This document shows, piece after piece, positions 1 to 9,819 of a DNA stretch of 64,000 nt. The stretch spans positions 2,752,001 through 2,816,000 of the forward strand of contig OY782781.1 of NCBI GenBank assembly GCA_963678315.1, read 5' to 3'. This stretch comes from Candidatus Cloacimonadales bacterium. Lineage in GTDB: Bacteria > Cloacimonadota > Cloacimonadia > Cloacimonadales > JAFGVF01. The first letter of the stretch is position 1. Each line of letters opens with the position of its first letter. The position numbers were made by a program, and so were the translations under genes. Below the pieces are notes generated by a model. The model searched no databases. It was given only the letters and a program-made list of their open reading frames with translations, and had not been told where the DNA came from.

Positions 1-1
1 C

Positions 2-172
2 TTTGGAAGAAGAAACGACGGCTACGGTCGAGGTTACCGCCGTTTCGATTCATATGATGTAAATAATACACCAAATGCATATAATGATAAATCATACCTT
101 GAAAGTATGGTTAAATATCTAACAGATAGATTAACCTTCTTCAAGAATAAATTAAACGATAGTGATGACTAA
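2..172 (+). CDS. 3' end of probable DUF5320-like Gly/Arg-rich small protein (5'-truncated by window)
   Basis: Frame 2 reads FGRRNDGYGRGYRRF...SYLESMVKYLTDRLTFFKNKLNDSDD*. Gly/Arg-rich stretch plus a short C-terminal helix, upstream of MinD-ferredoxin and NifX genes. Confidence 0.55.
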   Translation, partial: FGRRNDGYGRGYRRFDSYDVNNTPNAYNDKSYLESMVKYLTDRLTFFKNKLNDSDD

Positions 173-235
173 ACTTAGTATCACATATCAATAACATAAT
201 AAAATATTATTACTTAACCTGCAATCGAGGTATTT

Positions 236-1099
236 ATGTTTAAAATAGCTGTTGCTAGCGGAAAAGGTGGAACAGGTAAGACAACTGTTTCAACCAATCT
301 TGCTTATTATTTAGCAAAGGATAACAAAATTCTTCTAAGCGATATGGATGTAGAAGAACCTGATTCTCATATTTTCGTAAAAGGTAAAACTTTGCAAGAA
401 AAAAAAGCATATAAGAAAGTTCCACAGTTGATTCAAGACAAGTGTGTTTCTTGTGGACGTTGTAAAGAAGTCTGTGCGTTTAATGCAGTTACATTATTAG
501 GAGACAAGGTAATATTCTTTAATGAATTATGTCATTCATGTTATTCATGTGTAGAATTATGTCCTAAATCTGCAATTGAGATGGTCGAACAGGAGCTTGG
601 TTTAATTACTCATATTCAAGAAGGGAATGTTGATTTCATCGAAGCAAGACTTGATATCGGTCAAGAGCAAGCTGTTCCAATGATAAAGAGTGGATTTAAA
701 TATATTGAGGATAATTTTGAAACAGAAATAGCAATTATAGATTCTCCCCCTGGTTCATCATGTCCAGTAGTGGAAACTATTCAAAATGTAGACCATGTAT
801 TTTTAGTGACTGAGCCTTCACCTTTTGGTTTGAATGATTTGAAGATTGCTATTGATACTGTTAAAATTCTTAAAAAGAAATTTTCCATAATTATTAATAA
901 AGATGATGGTAAACAAAATATTATTAGAGATTTCTGCCAAAAGGAAAGTTGTGAGATTATTGGAGCTATTCCTGAAAAGATAGAGATAGCCCAATTGTAT
1001 TCAAAAGGTTCTAGAATTTATGAATATGATAAAGACTTTAAAGAAGCAATTGAATCTATCAAAAGTAAAGTTAGCTCTCTTGTTGGAGGTGAAGAATGA
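236..1099 (+). CDS. MinD/ParA-superfamily P-loop ATPase with inserted 4Fe-4S ferredoxin domain
   Basis: SGKGGTGKTT deviant Walker A; CxxCxxCxxxC twice; DSPPGSSCP; VTEPSPFG. Confidence 0.9.
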   Translation: MFKIAVASGKGGTGKTTVSTNLAYYLAKDNKILLSDMDVEEPDSHIFVKGKTLQEKKAYKKVPQLIQDKCVSCGRCKEVCAFNAVTLLGDKVIFFNELCHSCYSCVELCPKSAIEMVEQELGLITHIQEGNVDFIEARLDIGQEQAVPMIKSGFKYIEDNFETEIAIIDSPPGSSCPVVETIQNVDHVFLVTEPSPFGLNDLKIAIDTVKILKKKFSIIINKDDGKQNIIRDFCQKESCEIIGAIPEKIEIAQLYSKGSRIYEYDKDFKEAIESIKSKVSSLVGGEE

Positions 1100-1974
1100 A
1101 AGAAATAGTAGTAATATCTGGAAAAGGTGGAACAGGTAAAACCACTATCACTGCAGCCTTAGCTCAACATTTAGCTTCAAATTGCATTGTAGCCGACTGC
1201 GATGTTGATGCTGCCGATATGCACTTAGTATTCACCCCAAAAGCATTAAAAGAAGAAAAGTTCTTTTCTGGTAAAGAAGCAATAATTAATAGAGAAAAGT
1301 GCAAAAACTGTGGGTTATGCCAAGCTAAGTGCCGTTTCGATGCAATAATCCCATTAAGCAATTATAAAAAGGTTGATCCATTCTCATGTGAAGGTTGTGG
1401 TTTATGCTCACATTTATGCCCACATGATGCTATTAAAATGGAAGATAGATATGTTGGAGATTTCTTTATTTCCGAAATCAGAACTAATACGAATATGGTT
1501 CATGCTAAACTCTTACCAGGAGGAGAAAACTCTGGTAAACTTGTTGCAGAAGTTAAAAAGGAATCACGAAATCAAGCTAACCGACTAAACAAAGACTACA
1601 TTATTGTTGATGGTTCACCTGGTATTGGATGCCCTGTTATATCATCACTGTCTGGTGCAGATTATGTTGTTTTAGTAACAGAACCTACTAAATCAGCTTT
1701 GCATGATTTAAAACGAGTTGTAGAGCTTTTAAAGAAGTTTAAGATAAGAGCTGGTTGCATTATCAATAAGGCTGACTTAAATGCTGATGTAGCTAAAGAG
1801 ATTAATGAATACATTGTCGAAGAAGAGCTAGACTATTTAGAAACTTTTAATTATAGTAAGAATTTCATTAATGCTGTGAAGAGCGGTTTAACCATTAATG
1901 AATATGACCCATTTGAAACTAAAAATAAGATAGAGAATATCTGGACTAAGGTTCAAGAATATTCTACTAGATAA
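1096..1974 (+). CDS. Second MinD-superfamily P-loop ATPase with 4Fe-4S domain
   Basis: SGKGGTGKTT; DCDVDA; CKNCGLC and CEGCGLC; DGSPGIGCP; start overlaps the upstream stop (ATGA). Confidence 0.9.
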   Translation: MKEIVVISGKGGTGKTTITAALAQHLASNCIVADCDVDAADMHLVFTPKALKEEKFFSGKEAIINREKCKNCGLCQAKCRFDAIIPLSNYKKVDPFSCEGCGLCSHLCPHDAIKMEDRYVGDFFISEIRTNTNMVHAKLLPGGENSGKLVAEVKKESRNQANRLNKDYIIVDGSPGIGCPVISSLSGADYVVLVTEPTKSALHDLKRVVELLKKFKIRAGCIINKADLNADVAKEINEYIVEEELDYLETFNYSKNFINAVKSGLTINEYDPFETKNKIENIWTKVQEYSTR

Positions 1975-1988
1975 ATATAGGAGTTATT

Positions 1989-2333
1989 ATGAAAATTGCT
2001 GTAAGTACTGTTGGACCAGAAAAAGATGCAGTCCTAGAACCTCGTTTTGGACGTTCAAACTATTTCGTTATTTATGATACAGAAACTCAAGAATATTCAA
2101 GTTTAGATAACACAGCTATTCAAGCCGAGGCTCACGGAGCAGGTCCTAAAACCTCTCAGTTAATCTTTGATTCTGGAGTAAATATTGTCCTAACCGGTAA
2201 CGGTCCTGGAAAAAATGCTTTCCAAGTTTTACAAGCTGGAAATATTAGTATGTTTATATGTAAAGAAAACATATCTGCAACAGAAGTTATTACTAAATAT
2301 CTAAATAACGAACTTGCTGAATTTCAAAACTAA
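1989..2333 (+). CDS. NifB/NifX-family (FeMo-cofactor-binding-like) protein
   Basis: MKIAV...PRFGRS.YF..YD...HGAG...TGNGPGKNAF. Confidence 0.85.
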   Translation: MKIAVSTVGPEKDAVLEPRFGRSNYFVIYDTETQEYSSLDNTAIQAEAHGAGPKTSQLIFDSGVNIVLTGNGPGKNAFQVLQAGNISMFICKENISATEVITKYLNNELAEFQN

Positions 2334-2345
2334 AGGAGTTATCTA

Positions 2346-2684
2346 ATGAAAAAGATTATCGCATTACCAACTGAAAATAAACAGTTATGTTCTCATTTTG
2401 GTCATTGTGAAGAATTTGTATTCTTCACCACAGAAGATGGTAAAATTGTAAGCCAAGAGTGGGTTACACCACCTGAACATGTTCCAGGACTATATCCTAA
2501 ATTTGTTGCAGAAAAAGGTGCTACTGTAGTGATTGCAGGCGGTATGGGAATGAAAGCACAAGAGCTTTTTACTTCTAACAATGTTGATGTATTTTATGGT
2601 GTTGAACCATGTGCTTTAGAAACTATTGTTAATACCTATTTAGAAGGTAAATTAGAATCTGGTCAAAACCTATGTGATCACTAG
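2346..2684 (+). CDS. NifB/NifX-family protein
   Basis: SHFGHCEEF, PPEHVPG, IAGGMG, C-terminal NLCDH. Confidence 0.85.
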   Translation: MKKIIALPTENKQLCSHFGHCEEFVFFTTEDGKIVSQEWVTPPEHVPGLYPKFVAEKGATVVIAGGMGMKAQELFTSNNVDVFYGVEPCALETIVNTYLEGKLESGQNLCDH

Positions 2685-2710
2685 ATTGCAATATTACATT
2701 AAAACACTTT

Positions 2711-2738
2711 AAGAGCCTTCACTTCAAGGCTCTTTTTT
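2711..2738 (+). terminator. Intrinsic terminator
   Basis: aagagcctt-cacttc-aaggctctt followed by T-tract. Confidence 0.8.
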
Positions 2739-2764
2739 CATAGTTTACTGATTTATAATGCTTG

Positions 2765-2813
2765 CTTACTTGCCCCCTTGAAAAAAAGCCGATTTTTCAA
2801 GGAGACCAGTAAG
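2765..2813. repeat. ~50-bp imperfect palindrome, family A copy 1
   Basis: cttact..cccttgaaaaa aagccga tttttcaagg..agtaag; further copies at 14158, 27680, 40441, 59114. Confidence 0.85.
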
Positions 2814-2842
2814 TTAGAAGTTAGGAGTTAGGCAGAGGAACT

Positions 2843-2898
2843 AGGAGTGAGGAGTGAGGAGTGAGGAGTGAGGAGTGAGGAGTGAGGAGTTAGGAATT
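2843..2898. repeat. Heptamer tandem repeat (AGGAGTG)6 plus degenerate units
   Basis: Six exact AGGAGTG at 2843-2884, then aggagtt and aggaatt. Confidence 0.9.
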
Positions 2899-2948
2899 AA
2901 CTCCGATGAATGAAGAATGATTGAAGAATTGAGGAGATGCTATCCATA

Positions 2949-3315
2949 AAAACCCCGAAGGGGTGGCATATACTAAGCATGGAGGCTTGCCCTCCATGTA
3001 ATAGTTAAAAAATAAAAAAAGCCCTGAAAGGGCGACATAAAGGCTAGGCTTTATCTGCAAACAGGAAAGTATACCACGAAAAGCACGAATAACACGAAAA
3101 ACAGTCAAATTATTTAGGACTGGACAGAAGGGGTGGCATATATTAGCATGGGGTTTTGCACCCCATGTTCAATGATATAAAAGTTTTGAGTCCCGAAGGG
3201 ACGATATAGATTTTCAGTCCAGTTCAGATGTATTCAGAATTGTAAATAATGTACAGTATTCGGCTCGAACGCTGCAAGGATATATCTCTCCAGAACCCAT
3301 GATTTCAATAGTGAG
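2949..3315. repeat. Cluster of REP-like hairpins (family C)
   Basis: accccgaaggggt, catggagg..cctccatg, gccctgaaagggc, catgggg..ccccatg, gtcccgaagggac; 'gaaggggtggcatata' occurs twice. Confidence 0.7.
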
Positions 3316-3498
3316 CATGTATAGGATTATCAAAAAAAATGTAGAGTTGTTTTACTGTGTTAAACCCATTTGATTAAGAAAATAGTTTTTTTTGTTGAGG
3401 GTTGAAAATAATCACAGCCTAAGTTTTGACTATTGCACTATTAAATTATTGACAAGTAGACTGTATCATAAATTATGAGTTAACATGATAAATTATAA

Positions 3499-4056
<558 letters not shown>

Positions 4057-4059
4057 ACT

Positions 4060-4863
4060 ATGTCATTCTGGAAAAAATATAAAAATATCATCAAAGAAAA
4101 CAAGTCTTATGTTTGTCTTGGTTTAGATAGTGATTTTAGCAAATTACCTGAATGTGTTTTAGAACTTGAAGATCCAATATTTGAATTCAATAAGGCTATT
4201 ATTGATGCAACTAAAGATGTAGTTGCATGTTATAAGCCTAACTTTGCTTTCTATCACTCACAAGGTTTAAAATCTTTAGAGTCTTTACGTAAAACTTTAG
4301 ATTATATACCAGAGAATATCCCTGTGATTCTTGATATAAAAGCTGGTGATATAGGCAACACAATGTCTAATTATGCAAAAGCATTCTTTGAAGATTGGAA
4401 ATGCGATTCAATAACTTGTAATCCATTAATGGGTAATGATGTTATTGAAGCTCTAAAGGCTCACACTGAAAACTTTGCATTCATTTTAGCATTAACCTCA
4501 AACAAGTCTGCAAGTGATTTCTTGAAGAAGAATGACCTTTATAAGGATATTTCAAAATATATAGCAGATTTAAACTCTCAACAATTTGGTGCTGTTGTAG
4601 GAGCTACAAATTCATCAGAATTGAAAGAGCTAAGAGAATTAATGCCAGAGACCTTATTCTTAGTTCCGGGAATCGGAGCTCAAGGTGGTTCATTGGCTGA
4701 AGTTGTTGAAAACACAACTTATTCCAAAGATGATGCTCGATTTGTAATAAACTCTTCTAGAGGAATTATATTTGCTGATTCTTCAGAGAATTTTGCAGAG
4801 AAAGCTAGAGAAAAAGCTATTGAATTAAAAGATTCAATAAACGATTTGATTGAAAAACTGTAA
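4060..4863 (+). CDS. pyrF: Orotidine-5'-phosphate decarboxylase (subfamily 2)
   Basis: CLGLD, YKPNFAF, ILDIKAGDIGNT, VVGAT, LVPGIGAQGG, INSSRGII. Confidence 0.95.
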   Translation: MSFWKKYKNIIKENKSYVCLGLDSDFSKLPECVLELEDPIFEFNKAIIDATKDVVACYKPNFAFYHSQGLKSLESLRKTLDYIPENIPVILDIKAGDIGNTMSNYAKAFFEDWKCDSITCNPLMGNDVIEALKAHTENFAFILALTSNKSASDFLKKNDLYKDISKYIADLNSQQFGAVVGATNSSELKELRELMPETLFLVPGIGAQGGSLAEVVENTTYSKDDARFVINSSRGIIFADSSENFAEKAREKAIELKDSINDLIEKL

Positions 4864-4927
4864 TAAATATTATTGTGTTGCTTCGTATTAATTGCGGAGC
4901 AACATTTCATTATATAGTGGAGTAATA

Positions 4928-5404
4928 ATGCAAAAAAGACCTAGTTGGCAGAAATATTTCATAGAAATGGCATATTTAGTAGCTGAACGTTCAACCTGCT
5001 TAAGAAGAAAAGTAGGTGCAGTGATTGTACGTAATAATCAAGTATTGGCGACAGGCTATAATGGAGCACCTAAGAATGTAAAACATTGTAAAGAAACTGG
5101 ATGTTTAAGAGAACAATTAAATGTTCCATCAGGACAAAGACATGAGCTTTGCAGAGGTGTACATGCAGAACAAAATGCAATTATTCAAGCAGCAGTAAAC
5201 GGAACTCCAATTCAAAATGCTGAATTATATTGTACTACTCAACCTTGTATAATATGTGCTAAAATGATTATTAATTCTGAGATAAAAAGAGTCTATGTTG
5301 CAGAGCCATATAATGATGATATGTCAGAACAAATGCTAGCTGAAGCTGGCGTAGAACTAATACATTTGGATAGGGATTCGGGACATTTAAAAAAACTAAA
5401 TTAG
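4928..5404 (+). CDS. dCMP deaminase (ComEB-like)
   Basis: [42 protein letters not shown] before ATG 4928. Confidence 0.9.
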   Translation: MQKRPSWQKYFIEMAYLVAERSTCLRRKVGAVIVRNNQVLATGYNGAPKNVKHCKETGCLREQLNVPSGQRHELCRGVHAEQNAIIQAAVNGTPIQNAELYCTTQPCIICAKMIINSEIKRVYVAEPYNDDMSEQMLAEAGVELIHLDRDSGHLKKLN

Positions 5405-5414
5405 GGGTGTAAAA

Positions 5415-6638
5415 ATGAAAAAGTTAGTATCATTATTAATGTTAAGTTCAAGTATTTTGCTATCAGCAAAAGTCTTAACTCTCAACCAAGCAGTAGAAAC
5501 TGCATTCAGAAATTCTCATGATATGCAAGTTCAAGAGGTTGATAATGAAAAAGTAAATTCATCTTACAATTCAGTTTTATGGGATATCGTTCCGGAAGCA
5601 GATGTTAATTGGTCATGGCAAAAGAATAATCAAGGAATAGGGAGATCAGCAGGATTTACATTTTCAAAAAGTCTTACATCTACCCTACCAGAATATTTTA
5701 ACTGGACAAATGCAAAACATAATATCGAAATAAACAAACTCCAAGAAGCTCAAAATCGTAAAGAAATTGCTTGGAATGTTCTTAATACTTATATTGATTT
5801 ACTTCTATCTCAAAAAAAGTTATCTATCTATAACGAAAACTATTCTATACAAAAAGACTTGTTAGAGGAAGCCAAAATCTTAAAAGACCAAGGTAGAAAA
5901 TCAGTTTATGATTATAATCAAGTTGAGATTAATACTTTAAACTCAGAACTAGACCTTATTCAAGCTAAGAAAAGTGTTTCTGACAATATTAGAGAGCTCA
6001 AGTTAGTTTTGAATATTGAAGCTGATACTCTTTCTTTAGCTGATATTGATATTCCTACAGATAGAGAACTTGATTATGATATAGAAAATGAAAGTTCATA
6101 CTCACTTCAATTGAAAGAAAGCAACATCTCTCATGACAAGTATATGCTTAATCAAGAAAAGATTAGATTTTTACCTGACCTAAGTCTTTCATATAATCAT
6201 AGCTATTCTTCATCTAATGGTTATGATGATTTTGATGATAGTTATACTTTAGGCTTGGGGATTAGCTATTCTCTATGGAATTTCTTTGAGCATGGCCAAG
6301 AATATTATCGTTCAAAACTAAATATCTCTTCAAGTGAAATTGAGCTTGATAGAGAATTAATGAAGTTTAAAAAAGATTTTAGACAAAACCAAGATGACTT
6401 AGCTAACCTAAGAATTAAAAAGAAAATTAACGATAAAATTCTTGCTCAAGCTAAAGAGAATTTTGAAATCGCTAAAACTAATTTCAACTTAGGATTAATC
6501 AAGGCAATTGAACTAGAGGAATCAAAAACAGACTTGAATGATGCTAAAGTTAGTAATCTAGAGCTAGGTTATCAATTATACTTAAAAGAAGAAGCAATTA
6601 ATTATCTATTGTCAAAAGAAATTGCGGGGAAATGGTAG
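5415..6638 (+). CDS. TolC-family outer membrane efflux protein
   Basis: Signal peptide; LTLNQAVETA; FLPDLSLSY; coiled-coil halves; adjacent to an MFP gene. Confidence 0.8.
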   Translation: MKKLVSLLMLSSSILLSAKVLTLNQAVETAFRNSHDMQVQEVDNEKVNSSYNSVLWDIVPEADVNWSWQKNNQGIGRSAGFTFSKSLTSTLPEYFNWTNAKHNIEINKLQEAQNRKEIAWNVLNTYIDLLLSQKKLSIYNENYSIQKDLLEEAKILKDQGRKSVYDYNQVEINTLNSELDLIQAKKSVSDNIRELKLVLNIEADTLSLADIDIPTDRELDYDIENESSYSLQLKESNISHDKYMLNQEKIRFLPDLSLSYNHSYSSSNGYDDFDDSYTLGLGISYSLWNFFEHGQEYYRSKLNISSSEIELDRELMKFKKDFRQNQDDLANLRIKKKINDKILAQAKENFEIAKTNFNLGLIKAIELEESKTDLNDAKVSNLELGYQLYLKEEAINYLLSKEIAGKW

Positions 6639-6644
6639 GAAAAA

Positions 6645-7766
6645 ATGAAGAAGTTTTTTAGAATTTTACTGTTTTTAGTTGTTGTTGTTGTTATTGGATA
6701 CTTTGCAAAGTCATATTTGGGTAAATCAGATTCTGAAGCGACTAGCAAATCAGTTTTTAAGTTTCAATCTGTAAAAGCCTCAAAAGGTGAGATTGTTACA
6801 CAAATCGATATAACTGGAGTAGTTGAACCAGAAACTACTGTTGAGATTAAATCTAAGGTTTCTGGTAAAATAGTTAAATTCTATAAAGATATTAACGATT
6901 CTGTTAGAATAGGTGATTTAATAGCAACAATTGAACCAGATTATCAGCAAGCAAATTCTATTACTAACACTCGTTCTAATTTAGATTTAGCTAGAATTAG
7001 ATATGAATGGGCTTTGAAAGATTTTAAAGACATAGAAACCCAGTATAATTTAGGTCATGAATCAAAATATAACTATGACCAAAGTAAAAAGGAATTGGAT
7101 CAAGCTCTTATCAATTTCAATATAGCAAAAGAGCAATATGCTCAAGTTGAAGAGATTGATACTAAAGGTGCAGAATCAAAGATTTACGCATCAGTTCATG
7201 GTAAAGTCATTTCTAGATCAGTCGAAGAGGGCGAAATGATTTCTTCTGTCGGACTAGGAAATTCAGATGGTACAGCAATAATGAATATTGCAGACCTATC
7301 AAAAATGATCGTAAAATCAAATATTAACGAAATTGATATTAATAAATATAGAGAAGGACAGAAAGCTCAAATCACTGTTCCAGCAAACCCTTATCATAAG
7401 TATAAAGGAACTATCAAACAGATTGCTGTAATGGCTATTGATTCTAATAATACTAAAGTATTCCCTATTGAAATAGAACTAGAGGATGTAGATAAGAAAA
7501 TTATGCCTGGAATGACTGCAGAAATAACTATTCAAGGTGATTCAAAACAAGATATTATTAAAATACCTATCCGTGCCTTATTTAGTAATGATAAAGGTGA
7601 GGATGTTGTTTATATCGCAGAAAATGAGAAAATCACTGAAACTAGGGTTGTTCAAACTGGCATAAATAATTTCCGAGAAGTAGAGATTGTTTCTGGGCTT
7701 CAAGAAAACGAAGAAATTTCTTTATTCCCACCTTCTATGATTAATGGAACAAGCGAGAAAAAATAA
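6645..7766 (+). CDS. Efflux periplasmic adaptor (MFP, MacA/HlyD-like)
   Basis: N-terminal TM; EIKSKVSGKI; IYASVHGKV; NEIDI..GQKA; MPGMTA; VSGLQENE. Confidence 0.9.
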   Translation: MKKFFRILLFLVVVVVIGYFAKSYLGKSDSEATSKSVFKFQSVKASKGEIVTQIDITGVVEPETTVEIKSKVSGKIVKFYKDINDSVRIGDLIATIEPDYQQANSITNTRSNLDLARIRYEWALKDFKDIETQYNLGHESKYNYDQSKKELDQALINFNIAKEQYAQVEEIDTKGAESKIYASVHGKVISRSVEEGEMISSVGLGNSDGTAIMNIADLSKMIVKSNINEIDINKYREGQKAQITVPANPYHKYKGTIKQIAVMAIDSNNTKVFPIEIELEDVDKKIMPGMTAEITIQGDSKQDIIKIPIRALFSNDKGEDVVYIAENEKITETRVVQTGINNFREVEIVSGLQENEEISLFPPSMINGTSEKK

Positions 7767-8422
7767 TGAGTGATAAGACAAAGAAGATAATCTATTTTTC
7801 TTTACTGTTTATTTTAGGAGCTGCTTTCGTTATCCTCTATAACCTTGATAAGACAATCGAAACAGATGGTCAGTCAATAGTGGATGTCGCAACAAAATGG
7901 ATTCCTGTAGATGAAGATACTCAAACTAATACTGCAGAAAGTGACTCTCTTGATTCTGAAAACTACTACAAAAATGAAACTGTTACTCCCTTTAAATATG
8001 ATTTGGATGACATCTCAGAAATAAAAGTAACATCAGATTACTACAACTATACTCTTTCTCAAGAAAAAGCTAAGAACTGGATGTATGTTTCTGAAAACCT
8101 CACTTGTAATGTGAAAAGGAACAACAATTCATTAAACAAACTAAGAAATATTTTATTTAATATAAAAGCAGATAACTATGGCACTAAAGATTACTCTGAC
8201 TATTCAAGATACTTTGAGAAACCACTGTTAACTGCTAAATTAACCTTTAAAGATAAGTCAACTCACACTTTGCAATTCATTAGAATAGAAGACCAAGTGA
8301 GGCACATGGCAGATTCTGGTAAACGAACCTACGTTCGTGTTGATGACGACACAGTTATCTACTTCATTGTTTATAGCAATGTACAACGCTTTATGATAAC
8401 TGATGAGTTGATTAATAAATAA
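7766..8422 (+). CDS. Membrane-anchored hypothetical protein (possibly DUF4340-like)
   Basis: N-terminal TM; ISEIKV..W..; YFEKPLLTAKL; TYVRVDD..VIY pattern. Confidence 0.5.
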   Translation: MSDKTKKIIYFSLLFILGAAFVILYNLDKTIETDGQSIVDVATKWIPVDEDTQTNTAESDSLDSENYYKNETVTPFKYDLDDISEIKVTSDYYNYTLSQEKAKNWMYVSENLTCNVKRNNNSLNKLRNILFNIKADNYGTKDYSDYSRYFEKPLLTAKLTFKDKSTHTLQFIRIEDQVRHMADSGKRTYVRVDDDTVIYFIVYSNVQRFMITDELINK

Positions 8423-8446
8423 TGAATATTATATGTGGAGGATAAA

Positions 8447-9592
8447 ATGGATTACTTCTTAACTGAAGATCAATTGGAAATGAGAGATATTGCACGCAGA
8501 ATAGCTCAGGAAAAAATTAAGCCGCTCTCTGAAGAGTACGATGAAAAAGGGATTTTCCCTTGGGATATAGTAGAGATATTAGCACAAAGTGATATCTTTG
8601 CTGTGCTTGTTCCAGAAGAATATGACGGAATTAGCGGAAAAGTATTAGATTTAGCTATAGTAACAGAAGAGTTATCTAAAGTAGATACTGGTATTGCTTT
8701 AGCTTTTGGGGCAACAGGGTTAGGAATGTATCCACTGCTTATTTCTGGAAGTGAAGAACAAAAACAGAAATATTTACCACAAATAGCAAACGGTGAAAAA
8801 TTAGCAGCTTTTGCCTTAACTGAAGCTAATGCTGGTTCAGATGCTGGTGCTATTGAAACCACTGCTACATTAGATGGTGATCATTATGTACTTAATGGTA
8901 CTAAACAATGGATTACTAACGGTGGTGATGCAGATATCTACACTGTATTTGCTATGACTAATAAGTCAAAAGGCGCGAGAGGTTGTTCTTGCTTTGTAGT
9001 AGAGAAAGGTACACCTGGTTTTGAGTTCGGTAAGAAAGAAAACAAAATGGGTATCAGAGCTTCTTCAACTAGAGAGCTTATCTTTGACAATTGTAGAATA
9101 CCAAAAGAAAACCTAATCGGAAGAGAAGGTACAGGCTTTATCACAGCAATGAAGACTTTTGATAAATCAAGACCTATGGTTGGTTCTCAAGCTGTTGGTG
9201 TTGCAGCAGGTGCATTAGATATCGCTGCAAAATACTCTAAAGAAAGATACCAATTCGGAAAACCTATTTCAGCATTCCAAGGTGTTCAATTCATGCTTGC
9301 AGATATGGCAACACAAGTAGAAGCAGCTAGAGCATTAGTTTATCAAACTGCTAGAATGGTTGATGCTGGTTGTAAGAAATATAGTAAAGAAAGCGCTATG
9401 TGTAAATACTTTGCTTCTGATGTAGCAATGAAAGTTACAACTGATGCTGTTCAAATCCTTGGTGGATATGGTTACATGAAAGAATACCCAGTAGAAAAAA
9501 TGATGCGTGATGCTAAGATTCTTCAAATCTATGAAGGAACAAACCAAGTTCAAAGAACTATTGTTGCATCTAACTTATTAAAAGAATATTAA
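8447..9592 (+). CDS. Acyl-CoA dehydrogenase (butyryl-CoA dehydrogenase-like)
   Basis: FALTEANAGSDA, LNGTKQWITN, KMGIRAS, RYQFGKPI, GGYGYMKEYPVE, IYEGTNQ. Confidence 0.95.
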   Translation: MDYFLTEDQLEMRDIARRIAQEKIKPLSEEYDEKGIFPWDIVEILAQSDIFAVLVPEEYDGISGKVLDLAIVTEELSKVDTGIALAFGATGLGMYPLLISGSEEQKQKYLPQIANGEKLAAFALTEANAGSDAGAIETTATLDGDHYVLNGTKQWITNGGDADIYTVFAMTNKSKGARGCSCFVVEKGTPGFEFGKKENKMGIRASSTRELIFDNCRIPKENLIGREGTGFITAMKTFDKSRPMVGSQAVGVAAGALDIAAKYSKERYQFGKPISAFQGVQFMLADMATQVEAARALVYQTARMVDAGCKKYSKESAMCKYFASDVAMKVTTDAVQILGGYGYMKEYPVEKMMRDAKILQIYEGTNQVQRTIVASNLLKEY

Positions 9593-9819
9593 ACTAAAAA
9601 CTTATACAAAGCAAACGGGATAGTCTAACTATTCCGTTCTGCTTTACAGAGATTTCTTAAATTCTTATTATTATAAAACTCAGACAATCTATGAGGTATT
9701 ATTTGGGTTAAAATCAATATATTGAAATAAGTAGTATGAATTTAAGAAATATCTTGACGATAATTCTATAAATTTAACAAAGTTATAAAAAATAAGAAAA
9801 TAAAATATTGGAGCTATAG

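Noticed and set aside
1989..2684. Nitrogen fixation genes
   Set aside because: NifX-like domains alone are widespread; no nifHDK or nifENB in the window.
2807..2900. CRISPR array
   Set aside because: 7-bp tandem units without spacers; no cas genes in the window.
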